Part shown: positions 54,498 through 64,000 of the stretch, piece after piece | Layout: every line of letters begins with the position of its first letter | Numbering within the stretch: position 1 is the stretch's first letter | Virus record (IMG/VR): IMGVR_UViG_3300031576_000001 | Location: 1-64,000 of that record | DNA length: 64,000 bases | Reading direction: 5' to 3' (one strand) | Notes under the pieces: model-generated | What the model saw: the letters and a program-made list of their open reading frames with translations, nothing else | Told to the model about the DNA's origin: nothing | Databases searched by the model: none | Position numbers and translations under genes: made by a program

Positions 54498-55161
54498 GGC
54501 GTTCTGTGCGTTCTGCCAGGGCAACTTGACGGATGAGGTAAAGGAGACCTACCATGGGCGAGGTGTCTCTGAGGCTCAGCTAACCAGCTACCGACTGGGG
54601 TACCTGTCTGCCCCCCCGCCAGACTTTCCGGTTGTGTATCAGTGGGCGACGGAGAAGAGGTTGTCAGACGCCTTGGTACTCCCGCTCACCACGTTTGGTG
54701 GGCGTATCAGGGGGTTTCAGTTTCGCACCCGAGAGTACAAGCGCTATCTGGACCTCAAGGTTATACCCTGGGGACCGGACCTCTTTGGTGCTCACCAAGC
54801 GGCGCCGTTGGCTTATGACACGGCTACCCTTTTTTTGGTCGAGGGTGTCTTTGACCTGTTCCCGCTTGCCAGGCTCTACCCCAACGCAGTAGCTACGCTG
54901 ACCGCCCGCGTCTCTCAGAACCTTGTTCGCACCGTGTCTCGGTTCTGCACACGTATTGTCATCCTGTATGACAAGGACGAGACAGGGCAACGCGCTACCC
55001 AAGAGGCGGTACGGCGCTGGGGGCGCACCTTGACAGTGGACAGTGTAACGCTGCCACAGGTAGCTTATGAGGGCGCGCGGTGGGTCAAAGACCTTGGGGA
55101 GCTATGGGAGGTCTGGGGTGACACCAGGCTCCACGAGTACCTACAGCCCCGGTGTACTTAG
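54478..55161 (+). CDS. DNA primase catalytic/TOPRIM domain protein
   Basis: RGV...LGY, GFQFR, LVEGVFD, LYDKDETG, KDLGE. Confidence 0.88.
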   Translation: MSTDWVEAFCAFCQGNLTDEVKETYHGRGVSEAQLTSYRLGYLSAPPPDFPVVYQWATEKRLSDALVLPLTTFGGRIRGFQFRTREYKRYLDLKVIPWGPDLFGAHQAAPLAYDTATLFLVEGVFDLFPLARLYPNAVATLTARVSQNLVRTVSRFCTRIVILYDKDETGQRATQEAVRRWGRTLTVDSVTLPQVAYEGARWVKDLGELWEVWGDTRLHEYLQPRCT

Positions 55162-55195
55162 TAGGACGGTAACGTAGCAACCAGAGACAGAAAAC

Positions 55196-55669
55196 ATGCC
55201 AAACACATTCAGTGGGGCGGAAGCGGTACAGCTTCTCGCCAACTCCCTCATCGCTCAGTTTCACCCTCACCTGGCCACGGCTCGTGTCCGGTACGTCTAC
55301 CGTGAGAAGGCAGCCAAGCGGGGCTCTCGGCTCGTCCCCGGTGCCGTTCGCAAGCTGGGGGGTGCGCTGGAGTACCTCCTTGAGGCGGACTTCCTGGTTG
55401 AGGTTGCCCTGGACGTGTGGAACACGCAGGACGAGAACCAGCGCCGCGCCATCATCGACCACCTCCTCTCTCAGTGCAAGGGCGAAGAGGACGAGAAGAC
55501 CGGCGATATGAAGTGGGGCAAGCGGCACCCCGACGTGCAAGAGTACGCCGAGGTTCTTCACCGCAACGGAGCCTGGCACCCGGACCTCGCCAACTTTGTC
55601 GAGGTTGCCAAGGGGGTAGATGCCCCCGCCCCGACAGCCCCGGACGTGGGCACCCAGGACTTCAACTAA
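55196..55669 (+). CDS. Putative phage metallopeptidase-like protein
   Basis: DFLVEV...AIIDHLLSQC..HPDVQEYAEVLHRNG (degenerate HExxH). Confidence 0.7.
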   Translation: MPNTFSGAEAVQLLANSLIAQFHPHLATARVRYVYREKAAKRGSRLVPGAVRKLGGALEYLLEADFLVEVALDVWNTQDENQRRAIIDHLLSQCKGEEDEKTGDMKWGKRHPDVQEYAEVLHRNGAWHPDLANFVEVAKGVDAPAPTAPDVGTQDFN

Positions 55670-55684
55670 GGTACCCTAACAGGT

Positions 55685-57082
55685 ATGACCTCTTCGTGGG
55701 CAACCAAGTACCGACCTCACACGTTTGCTGAGGTTCTCGGGCAAAGCCACGTCAGCGACGTACTCAAGGCACGCCTACGGGGGGGTACCGGACTACAGAC
55801 CTCCTACCTCCTTGCTGGACCCTCGGGGCATGGCAAGACCACGCTGGGTAGGATCTTCGGGCGAGCCTTGATCTGCCAGAGTCTCTCACCCGACACCCTT
55901 GAGCCTTGCAATCAGTGTGAGAACTGTTTGGCGTCGCTAGCTGACCAACCGTGCGCCCTGGTAGAGATTGACGCGGCTACCGGGGGCACGGTGGACGCCA
56001 TACGCTCCATTCTGGAGTCCATCCAGTACCCCCCACTAGGCGCTAAGAAGTGGGTCTACCTCATCGACGAGACGCACCGGCTGAGCAAGGCGGGTCAAGA
56101 CGCCCTGCTCAAGCCTATCGAAGAGGGTTACCTTGTTTGCCTGTTCTGCACCACGGAGCCCGAAGCCGTAAGGGACGCCATCCAAGGACGGTGCGAGCGC
56201 CACCACCTACGCAAGGTCAACCAAGAGGCCCTGGTTGCCTACCTCTCAGGGATTCTCACCCGAGAGAACGTGACCTTTGATGCTGACGCGGTGCGTCAAG
56301 TTATCGGTCACCATCGGGGTCAAGTCCGGGATATTCTGACTACACTGGAAACCCTGGCCACGCTGTCCGGGGGGGTTTCTCTTGCGGCGACTGCCGAAGT
56401 TTTGCACCTTGGTTTGCGCTCCAAGGTGCTCCCGGTGTGGCTTGCGTTGGCTCAGGGTCCAAGCGCGCTCTGTACTTCGCTGGCGCCCCTGGTGGAGGAG
56501 GCTACCCCCGAGGATATTCTTGAGGCGTTGACCGAGGCAGCCATGACCGCCTACAAGGTCACGCTGGGTGTAGCTACGCCTTCTTTGCTGGAGAGGGACA
56601 AGCCTGTAGCGGTAAAGGTAGGGAGCCTCTTCAAGGACCACCTACCACGGTGGACCAAGGAAATGAGCAAGGCGAGCGTGTCTACGCTTTCTGACCTGGA
56701 GGCTTTGCTGTTGTCTCTCACGGTCAGCGCTGCCACACAGGAAAGACCGTGCGTTGTCACCCCTGCGTCCTCTCAGGTGGACACCCCCCCACCCTCCAAG
56801 CCGGGAACCCTACCGGCGTATGACCCTTACGTGGCGGCAAAGCCAGCCCCCCCAAGAGTACCCCTGGCTAAACCTACCCCGGTTAGGCTAGACTCCCCCA
56901 CGAATGGCAACACGGGAGAGAAATCCAAGGAATCCGACCTTTCTTACCGGGGGAAGGGCAGGACGCCAATACCCCCCGAAGCCTGGCGCGAAGCCCTCAA
57001 AAGTGCGGCGCGTGACACTTCCGTCCAATCTTTCCTACTCCGATTTGGACTTGGGGGGGTCGAAGGGGTGGGTCGTTCTTGA
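55685..57082 (+). CDS. dnaX: DNA polymerase III gamma/tau subunit
   Basis: KYRPHTFAEVLGQ, GPSGHGKTT, PCNQCENC, EIDAA, IDETHRLS..ALLKPIEE. Confidence 0.93.
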   Translation: MTSSWATKYRPHTFAEVLGQSHVSDVLKARLRGGTGLQTSYLLAGPSGHGKTTLGRIFGRALICQSLSPDTLEPCNQCENCLASLADQPCALVEIDAATGGTVDAIRSILESIQYPPLGAKKWVYLIDETHRLSKAGQDALLKPIEEGYLVCLFCTTEPEAVRDAIQGRCERHHLRKVNQEALVAYLSGILTRENVTFDADAVRQVIGHHRGQVRDILTTLETLATLSGGVSLAATAEVLHLGLRSKVLPVWLALAQGPSALCTSLAPLVEEATPEDILEALTEAAMTAYKVTLGVATPSLLERDKPVAVKVGSLFKDHLPRWTKEMSKASVSTLSDLEALLLSLTVSAATQERPCVVTPASSQVDTPPPSKPGTLPAYDPYVAAKPAPPRVPLAKPTPVRLDSPTNGNTGEKSKESDLSYRGKGRTPIPPEAWREALKSAARDTSVQSFLLRFGLGGVEGVGRS

Positions 57083-58751
57083 GCTAACCCCCAAGAGTGA
57101 AGACCTCTCCCCTGGTGACCTTGAGCGAGCGCTCAAGGGGGCTTTGCGTTCGCAAACCGCTGTAGTCTTCCTCCCCGTCAAGGTCACGGTGCAAAACGGG
57201 GTGTACACCACGCACAGCTTGGTAGGGGGTTACGCCTTTGTGCGCCAGGACAACCACAGGGCGTCATTCTACACTCGCCTCTCAGGGACGAAGTACGTAG
57301 AGTCCGTTCTCACGCGCCACGTCAACACAAACCGTGTCCTGGCTACCGTGAGCGGAGAGGAAGTTCGCCGTCTGCACACCCTGGTTAAACTAGAGTCAGA
57401 CCCGTCCATCCGTGAGGGTGACAAGGTGAAGATAATCTCTGGTACCTACCGGGACGTAGACGCTGAGGTCATGTGTGACCTCCCTGAGACCCATGAGGTA
57501 CAGGTCCGGGTCAAGATGAGGTCACTGGACACCCTTGTCGTGCTACCTAGAGGCTTCCTGACGTTGCTCTCTCGGGGGGAAGAGGATACCACGGTCTCGT
57601 TTGCTATTTTCGACCGGCTCGATGAGAGCCTGTCGTGGGTACGCACCTGGCTCAAGGGGTGGCGTGGGGCACAATCGCTGCCCGACCCTCAGCTTTCCGT
57701 GAACTCTGACGCACAAAATGCGAAAGAGTGTATGATAACCACGCTTGCCAAGGTGCGGACCCTTCGCCAAGAGGGCGCCGCGCTCTGGGGCTACCTGAGC
57801 ACGACTACACTACCCGCACCCCCACCGCCACCCCCTCAGCTCCCTCTCGTACAGGGGTGGCTTACCAAACTGCACAAAGCACTAGACACCATGGGTAAAC
57901 AGATCGCCCTCTTTGAGACCCCCCCGCAACACTTGGTTCTGGACGGTCACTACTTTGCGCACAGGGCACACCACGCCCTACCTGACCTCCGTTCCGCCAA
58001 AGGGGAGCCTACCGGGATCTTGGTGGGTTTTTTGAAAACCCTTGCCAGCTACCACCGTGAGTACCCTGACCACCAAATCACCGTGGTCTTTGACGGTAAG
58101 CCGGTCTGGCGCCTTGCCCTGTGTCCAACCTACAAGGCAAACCGCCCCCAGCGCGAAGAGGGCGTGCGGCACACTCAGATTGACACCCTGAAAGAGCTAC
58201 TCCCCCTCTTGGGGGTCAGGGTGTGTTTCAACCCAGAGGAAGAGGCGGACGATGTTATCGCTACCCTGACCAGGGAGCACGACAAGAGAGGGGAGAGCAC
58301 ACTTGTCTTTACGTCTGACCAGGATCTCCTACAGCTATGCTCCGTTTACACCCGAGTCCACCTTGTTAACAACAAGACCACCTTCAGCCCCGACGACGTG
58401 GTGAAGGAGTACGGCGTTACACCCTCTATGCTACCCACCCTCCGCGCGCTACTGGGCGATACGTCTGACAACCTCCCCGGGGTTGAGCGTGTAGCCACGG
58501 CTTTCCTTACCCGAGTGCTCCTGGCGCACAAGGGCGACCTACGCAGCCTCTACAATAGCAACTTCTCAGGGTTCACCAAGATACAGCACCGCAAGCTCCT
58601 AGAGGCTCAGGACCGCGTGTACCTCAACGAAAAGCTCATGCCTCTCCGTGACGTGAGTTATCAGACGCTTAGCTCAGAGATAGACATGCCAGCCGTGGAA
58701 CGTCTCTTGGCTGAGTACACCATTCAACCCCAAATTGTGAAAGGTTGGTGA
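57012..58751 (+). CDS. Fusion of NusG-like (NGN + KOW) and 5'-3' exonuclease/flap endonuclease domains
   Basis: WVVLEL..VFLP..LVGGYAFV; IREGDKVKIISGTY (KOW); LVLDG..AHRAHHA, VVFDG, YKANR, EADDVIATL, SDQDLLQL, LGDTSDNLPGV. Confidence 0.88.
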   Translation: MTLPSNLSYSDLDLGGSKGWVVLELTPKSEDLSPGDLERALKGALRSQTAVVFLPVKVTVQNGVYTTHSLVGGYAFVRQDNHRASFYTRLSGTKYVESVLTRHVNTNRVLATVSGEEVRRLHTLVKLESDPSIREGDKVKIISGTYRDVDAEVMCDLPETHEVQVRVKMRSLDTLVVLPRGFLTLLSRGEEDTTVSFAIFDRLDESLSWVRTWLKGWRGAQSLPDPQLSVNSDAQNAKECMITTLAKVRTLRQEGAALWGYLSTTTLPAPPPPPPQLPLVQGWLTKLHKALDTMGKQIALFETPPQHLVLDGHYFAHRAHHALPDLRSAKGEPTGILVGFLKTLASYHREYPDHQITVVFDGKPVWRLALCPTYKANRPQREEGVRHTQIDTLKELLPLLGVRVCFNPEEEADDVIATLTREHDKRGESTLVFTSDQDLLQLCSVYTRVHLVNNKTTFSPDDVVKEYGVTPSMLPTLRALLGDTSDNLPGVERVATAFLTRVLLAHKGDLRSLYNSNFSGFTKIQHRKLLEAQDRVYLNEKLMPLRDVSYQTLSSEIDMPAVERLLAEYTIQPQIVKGW

Positions 58752-58755
58752 CGCA

Positions 58756-59403
58756 TTGTCTGCTTATGTCTTCCCTGTGAATCCCCTGGACCTGGCGAAT
58801 AAGCTAGTTTTTGACCCCAACGAAGAGGAACTAGCGGACCTCAGTACAGAGGATGCTCTTACGCCCACGATCTCACCGGATGACCTTGAGCCTTACTTGC
58901 AGCATCTTCCTGACAGGGAGGCTGACATTATTGAGCTTTACTTTTGCCGCAGGAAACGACAGTCTGACATTGCCGATATGTTTGGGATTACGCAAGCCGC
59001 GGTGAGCTACCGGATTGACCGTAGCTGCAAGCGTTTGAAGTTCATTCTCTCATTGCCGCAGATTTCAGACGACGAAATGCTGAGAGACTTGGCGAGACAC
59101 TTTGACGCTGTGGATACACAGGTTCTCTTTCAAATGTGGAAAACTACCTGCCAGAGCAAGGTGAGTAAGATACTCAAGATGTCCTCTGGACGTGTGCGTA
59201 ATCGGTTCTTCCGCTCGGTAGAACGGCTGTCCACGCTCGCTGAATCTGATCCGACCATGGCGCCGTACAACAAGATATTCCAAGAAGTGAGTACCGCGGG
59301 CAGCATTCGCATCGCCGTGGAATTGCCGCAGTGGGCCGATAGGGGTATGTCTAAGTGCTTACCTTCGCTTACCTTTTACCACCTATTAGCGAGCAAAGAT
59401 TAG
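58756..59403 (+). CDS. Sigma-70 region-4 HTH protein (two HTH-like units)
   Basis: LQHLPDREADIIELYF..KRQSDIADMFGITQAAVSYRI; second unit CQSKVSKILKMSSGRVRNRF. Confidence 0.8.
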   Translation: MSAYVFPVNPLDLANKLVFDPNEEELADLSTEDALTPTISPDDLEPYLQHLPDREADIIELYFCRRKRQSDIADMFGITQAAVSYRIDRSCKRLKFILSLPQISDDEMLRDLARHFDAVDTQVLFQMWKTTCQSKVSKILKMSSGRVRNRFFRSVERLSTLAESDPTMAPYNKIFQEVSTAGSIRIAVELPQWADRGMSKCLPSLTFYHLLASKD

Positions 59404-59452
59404 CGCCCGGTGTAAGCTACGCCTGACGCAGCCCGGAAAGGTTCAACGCAAC

Positions 59453-60499
59453 ATGGTTAGTCCTGGTATTTACAAGCTCAGGTGGGAGGTCATCTCGACC
59501 TTTGGCGGGCGCTCCTACGGTTCAGAGTCAACCTGCGTGGTGGTGCTCGACGAACCCACCCCTGAGCCTGGTAAGGTCTCGGTGGTGGTTCTTGTGGACA
59601 AGACTTGCGGGGACGCGAGCGCCCGCTTCGACATGGTACCCGAGGCTACCATTGCCCGAGATTGGGTGCTCTCCCTCGGGGGTAGCCTCAGCCGCGTCTT
59701 GAGCGACGCCTTCGACGGGCTTCTTGCTGATCGCAAGGCGAAAGCAGCAGCCCTGGCGGCTCTGCCTATCACTCCCTCGCCTGGTACCGCCCACCTGAAG
59801 GCGTCGGGCGTCCCGCTGACGGCTGCTTTGGTTCCGTTCGCTACCCCCTACGGTCTACGCCCGGGTCAATCCTTGAGGTCGAAGCCTCTGATTGGGGGCA
59901 CGTTCACCTTCGTTGACAGTGCTACACGGTTTGTGATCCTCAGTGAGAGCCGTACCGAGATTCGGTTCATGAGGCTCTACCTGCAACCCGGGGGCGTAGG
60001 GGCGTACAAGGTGTGTATCGTGGATGCCCAGAGGTTCTACGAGGCTTGTGCGCCTGCCAAGGAGCCTCTGTCCGTCGAGAGCCGAAACCTCTTGGTGAAG
60101 CACCTCGAAAGTGCCTCCGTCCGCCCGTCACCCCAAGAGGTGCCCCCCGCTCCTACCGTCGAGCTACCCCCCGCGCCCCCCGCCACGACCGAAAGGTGGG
60201 TCACGGTGGAATACGTGGGTGCTCATGACCGCATCACCGATACGTACCGGCTCAACTACCACAACCACCACCAAAAGACGGTGATGCTCAAGACGGGGCT
60301 AACCAGGCTGGACCACAAGATACGACGCGAATTTACGGACCTCAGAAGCGCAGACTACAACCTCTTGGCGTCGGAGGGGCTCTGCGTGGGTACCACCCTC
60401 GTGCTGACTCTGGAGGTAAGCGAGCCTCTAGCACCCCCTCGACTCGTTGCCTGGGCTGCGTGGGACGGGGCTAATCCTTTCCAGGGTGCGGAGTCTTAG
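59453..60499 (+). CDS. Hypothetical protein
   Basis: 348-aa ORF with GGTGTA upstream. Confidence 0.7.
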   Translation: MVSPGIYKLRWEVISTFGGRSYGSESTCVVVLDEPTPEPGKVSVVVLVDKTCGDASARFDMVPEATIARDWVLSLGGSLSRVLSDAFDGLLADRKAKAAALAALPITPSPGTAHLKASGVPLTAALVPFATPYGLRPGQSLRSKPLIGGTFTFVDSATRFVILSESRTEIRFMRLYLQPGGVGAYKVCIVDAQRFYEACAPAKEPLSVESRNLLVKHLESASVRPSPQEVPPAPTVELPPAPPATTERWVTVEYVGAHDRITDTYRLNYHNHHQKTVMLKTGLTRLDHKIRREFTDLRSADYNLLASEGLCVGTTLVLTLEVSEPLAPPRLVAWAAWDGANPFQGAES

Positions 60500-60522
60500 C
60501 CTTTCTGGTGTACTCTCCTGGC

Positions 60523-61104
60523 ATGAGGATCGTGACAGCCAAGAAGTTTTTCGCCGTAAGCAAGGCAAACGTGGTGGTTCTGAGGGGGCTACCGGGCTCA
60601 GGCAAGAGCACAGCGGTGCAAGCGTTGACCGTGGCGGTCAACGAGGGGGGTTGCCGTGAGGTCAAGACTTTCTCGTCGGACAAGTTCTTTACGGACCCTG
60701 CAACGGGGGAGTACAAGTTTGACCCGCTGAAGCTCAACATGGCTCACGGTCGGTGCCTCCGTGACTACGACAGTACACTTTTCAACGGGCAGTCAAGCTC
60801 CCTGCTCATCGTGGACAACACCAACCTCTCCGCGGTAGAGGCTGCTCCGTACCTGGCGCTGGCAAACGCCTTTGGGCGGTGCCCCGCGGTGCTGACCTTG
60901 AGGGTCAACCCTTACGAAGCGTTCAAGCGGTGCGTGCATGGGGTGCCTGGCGACAAGTTTGCTGGGATGGTCGAGGTCTTTCGAGAGGCTATGCTCCCCC
61001 CGTGGTGGAAGCACTACAGCGTGGACGAGCGCGACGACTCGCTCTGGGACGAGCGCACGTTCAAGGAAGTGCTGGGCAGTGCCCCGGAACCCAAAGAGGG
61101 TTAG
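60523..61104 (+). CDS. P-loop kinase (polynucleotide kinase/N4BP2-like)
   Basis: LRGLPGSGKST, SSDKFF, IVDNTN, RCVHGVP. Confidence 0.85.
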   Translation: MRIVTAKKFFAVSKANVVVLRGLPGSGKSTAVQALTVAVNEGGCREVKTFSSDKFFTDPATGEYKFDPLKLNMAHGRCLRDYDSTLFNGQSSSLLIVDNTNLSAVEAAPYLALANAFGRCPAVLTLRVNPYEAFKRCVHGVPGDKFAGMVEVFREAMLPPWWKHYSVDERDDSLWDERTFKEVLGSAPEPKEG

Positions 61105-61152
61105 CCTGACGCTGCCTTGGGTGGGTGTTCTCACTAATCCCCCCTCTCCGGT

Positions 61153-62052
61153 GTGACTGTCGGGCGCCTCCAACACAATGACTACACGTTTCAGCACGTA
61201 ACCCCCCGGGGGGAGTGGCGCTGGACAACCCGGCTCGACGTATCGGGCTCCGTGCCGTCGTTTTCAATAAGGGACATTTTCAGCCCCTACGGCTTGCTAA
61301 GAGACTCCATCCCCCTACCGGGCGAAGTCGTGGAGTCCATGGCGGGGTCAATAACAACCCTCATGACAGCATTTGCTCCGGCGATGCTGATTGGACCCCC
61401 TGTTACATTGACCTTCACGGTAGACGAGGGGGCGGGGTACAGCGCCAGTCAGGATCTTGTGCTGACGAACACGGGGGCGTTTGGTTCGCTGCTACAGGCG
61501 ACACTAACGCCCTCTGCGGCTTTCATCCGGGTAGCCCCGAGCACGGTGGGGGGCTTGCTACAAGGGGAGACAAGCACGGCGGGCATACAAGTGAACGCCA
61601 CCACGCTAACGGCGGCGCTCTCCCCTTACGCTGGGGCTGTCACGGCAGTATCCCCCAGTGCAACCAACACTCCCCAGGTGTTGCCCCTGGTTATCATTGT
61701 GCGACCCAAGGCGACGATTGCCGTGTTGCCCCTCACGCTGACCTTCTCTGTAGTGAAGCCTATAACGGGACCGTTTCCAGCAATAGCGCCCCAGGGATTT
61801 GCTTTGCAAAACACGGGACCGATAGCCTCTCTGCTAGCCTACGGCATACAGAAGATTACCGGGCTGTCCCCTTGGCTCACGTCAATCCTACCCTCTTCGG
61901 GTAGCGTACCTGGGGGTACGTTTCAGTCGGTCACGGTCACGGTGGTGCCCCCGGATACACTTCTCCCCGGCACGTACACAGAAACCCTGCGTATTTCGGG
62001 GTACTCAACCAACTTCTTCGTGGACTTGCCCGTAACCTTGGTGGTAACATGA
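61153..62052 (+). CDS. Ig-like/BACON-type beta-sandwich protein (possibly structural)
   Basis: Two P.TLTF...Q..L.NTG...W/F...P..G repeats; Thr/Val-rich. Confidence 0.65.
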   Translation: MTVGRLQHNDYTFQHVTPRGEWRWTTRLDVSGSVPSFSIRDIFSPYGLLRDSIPLPGEVVESMAGSITTLMTAFAPAMLIGPPVTLTFTVDEGAGYSASQDLVLTNTGAFGSLLQATLTPSAAFIRVAPSTVGGLLQGETSTAGIQVNATTLTAALSPYAGAVTAVSPSATNTPQVLPLVIIVRPKATIAVLPLTLTFSVVKPITGPFPAIAPQGFALQNTGPIASLLAYGIQKITGLSPWLTSILPSSGSVPGGTFQSVTVTVVPPDTLLPGTYTETLRISGYSTNFFVDLPVTLVVT

Positions 62053-62399
62053 CAACCAACACCTTCAGCATTGATTACGCCGCGCTAGAAAAGTCTGTGG
62101 CCGGTTCTCCCTCTGACTTTGACCTGTCCACCATGGAGGTTGCCTCCTCCTCGGGTACGGATGCTTTTCTGGGGCGCCGTACCCCCAAGACTGCCTCGTC
62201 GCACAGGCTACGTGTTGCTTCTATAGATCAACTCAAGGGGTTTATGCGGCTGTCACAGGAGTCTTTGGTACACATGAGCACGCAAGACCTTTGGTTTGCT
62301 CGCCGCGAGGGTGACGAGCTTGTACTAGAGCGCCTCTTTGATGACAACGGTAGCCCCTTGAAGGTTTTACCCCGTGAGACAGCGAACCGCCAGAGCTGA
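62049..62399 (+). CDS. Hypothetical protein
   Basis: 116-aa ORF; LVHMSTQDLW...LERLFDDNGSPLK. Confidence 0.7.
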   Translation: MTTNTFSIDYAALEKSVAGSPSDFDLSTMEVASSSGTDAFLGRRTPKTASSHRLRVASIDQLKGFMRLSQESLVHMSTQDLWFARREGDELVLERLFDDNGSPLKVLPRETANRQS

Positions 62400-64000
62400 G
62401 AGCTTTCTACCCGCCCCGCCCCAAGAGGAGGGGGCAGGTTTTGGTGCGCCCGTCTCTGCGGGTGAGCGCAAGATACCGAAGAACTTCCCGTTTGACCCCA
62501 AGGCATTGCAGCCTCTAGCCAGGACCGTGTGGGCGTCGTCGGTAGCCTTGGGTCATGCTCTCACGGCGTACCGCAACTTCAACAGGGTAAAATCCTCTTC
62601 GGTGTCCCCGGACGGCTTGCTAGGCGGGCGTGGTTACGTGCTCAAGGTCACGGACCTACGCACTCGACTCTTTCGAGCCTGTGAGGAGCTATCGTCGGTG
62701 ATTGACACGTTGCACGACGAGATAAATGCGCCTCACTGGCAGCCCAAGCTAGCGGACCTGGACGCTAACTCGGCTGAGGACATCCTTCATCTTCTCGACG
62801 AAGCCGATTCAACCATGAAAGACCCCGAGGAGGAAGCCGATGAGAAGATCGACGACCTGGAGTCTGAAAATGACGGTCCTGGGGGCACGTCTACCAAGGA
62901 GCGCTTTGGTGATAAGGAGACCCCTGGCTCGGATCTGCCCAAGGGGGGCAACGCTGACGAGCTAACCAAGACGCCGGGTAGCTCACGCAACAAGCTAGCC
63001 TCTTGGGACTATCAGCCCGCGACCAACCCCAAGGACACCTGGACGAACATCCCCGGTGGACCCCGTGTGCCTTCTCTGGACAGGAATCTGATTGAAAACT
63101 CCCCTGGGGGCTCGGCTAACGTGGGCGAACCCTCTTCGGAGCGCAACAGGGAGCGCACCCGCGAAGAGACCGACGAGAACAAAGGTATCAAGTTTTACGC
63201 TGCCGTAGCCTACTCGGTACTACCAGACGGCTCCCTTGAGCCCCAAAACACGGTAGACGACTTCGGGCTTGGGTACGGCGCCAAGGGTCCAAACTACAAC
63301 CCCCCTCAGTCTGACGGCAAGGGTATTACCGGACCCACAAGCGGTCTACCCGCTGGACCCCCGGCAAGCAAGGTCAGTCCTTGGGATTCGGACTCGACCC
63401 TGGTAACGGAGCGCCAGGTAAATGACACCACGCGCCACGGACAGTCCAAGCTGCCCCAGCCCCCGCTGAACGTGTCCCCTGTCGCCAGGTCTGACTATTA
63501 CGAGGACAAGGGGCTCCAACCCCTTACCGCAGAGAGCACCCTACCCCAACCCCAGGACGCCATGACGCCAACCGATACCGATCTTCCTGGGGCGAGTGCC
63601 ATGTTTGACCCGCGCGATACCGGCTACCGTAGGTGGGACGTTATACCCGTGGTCAAGCCCGACCCCCTTACCAGTCGAAAGTTACCCATGGGTGATCTAG
63701 GAAATCTTGCAGACTTTTTCGAGGAAACCGCTGGACCCGTGGATCATGAGTGGCTTGCGGTAGACCCCTCCGAGTACGGAGCGTCAGAGGCGCTCCCCCA
63801 GCAAAACCTGGACATGGTTCCTGACCTGAAGGCGCTGTGGAGTCATGCCGACCGTGACCCTTCGGTCTACGCGGTGCCTAACCGGGGGATGCTAGAGAAC
63901 TTCGGGGACGCCAGCCTACGCCATGCAGAGCCCCCTGCGTCACTTACCAAGGAGGCGATGACTCGCGCGGCTCGCCAGATTCTCTTGGTGAACCAGGAAC
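62374..64000 (+). CDS. Large hypothetical protein running off the window end (absent from the ORF track)
   Basis: Read manually; the frame is stop-free from GTG 62374 to 64000. Confidence 0.75.
   Translation, partial: MRQRTARAESFLPAPPQEEGAGFGAPVSAGERKIPKNFPFDPKALQPLARTVWASSVALGHALTAYRNFNRVKSSSVSPDGLLGGRGYVLKVTDLRTRLFRACEELSSVIDTLHDEINAPHWQPKLADLDANSAEDILHLLDEADSTMKDPEEEADEKIDDLESENDGPGGTSTKERFGDKETPGSDLPKGGNADELTKTPGSSRNKLASWDYQPATNPKDTWTNIPGGPRVPSLDRNLIENSPGGSANVGEPSSERNRERTREETDENKGIKFYAAVAYSVLPDGSLEPQNTVDDFGLGYGAKGPNYNPPQSDGKGITGPTSGLPAGPPASKVSPWDSDSTLVTERQVNDTTRHGQSKLPQPPLNVSPVARSDYYEDKGLQPLTAESTLPQPQDAMTPTDTDLPGASAMFDPRDTGYRRWDVIPVVKPDPLTSRKLPMGDLGNLADFFEETAGPVDHEWLAVDPSEYGASEALPQQNLDMVPDLKALWSHADRDPSVYAVPNRGMLENFGDASLRHAEPPASLTKEAMTRAARQILLVNQE

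Overview
This 64-kb window comes from a large, high-GC dsDNA phage (jumbo-phage-like, standard genetic code). Host hints point to Myxococcota/Deltaproteobacteria: a tmRNA tag starting ANDNVE and I-B/Myxan-type CRISPR repeats; this is inference. Layout: small accessory genes and a tandem paralog trio (1-4.4 kb); a non-coding, strand-biased, origin-like region holding a solitary CRISPR repeat (4.6-6.2 kb); two sigma-region-2-like genes; a 1142-aa DNA methyltransferase with 8 tandem variable cassettes; accessory genes including pyrE; a Ro60/TROVE gene with seven Y-RNA-like ncRNAs, two of them embedded in tRNA anticodon loops; a ~9-kb array of about 43 tRNAs (all 20 amino acids) plus aberrant tRNA-like RNAs, three HNH insertions and a tmRNA with a read-through tag; ClpP and GroEL; and a replication/recombination block (delta', delta, intein-containing class II RNR, RecD2, RuvC-like, RecA, split Rad50 with Mre11, Cas4-like nuclease, beta clamp, a 1-spacer mini-CRISPR array, primase, DnaX, a NusG-5'-3' exonuclease fusion, a sigma-region-4 protein). 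The strongest novelty candidates are the Ro60/Y-RNA/tRNA-hybrid system with a Y-like helix over the Ro60 ribosome-binding site, the cassette-array methyltransferase, the Cas-less CRISPR repeats, and the tmRNA with a non-canonical tag. All calls were made by eye; RNA boundaries may be off by a few nt.
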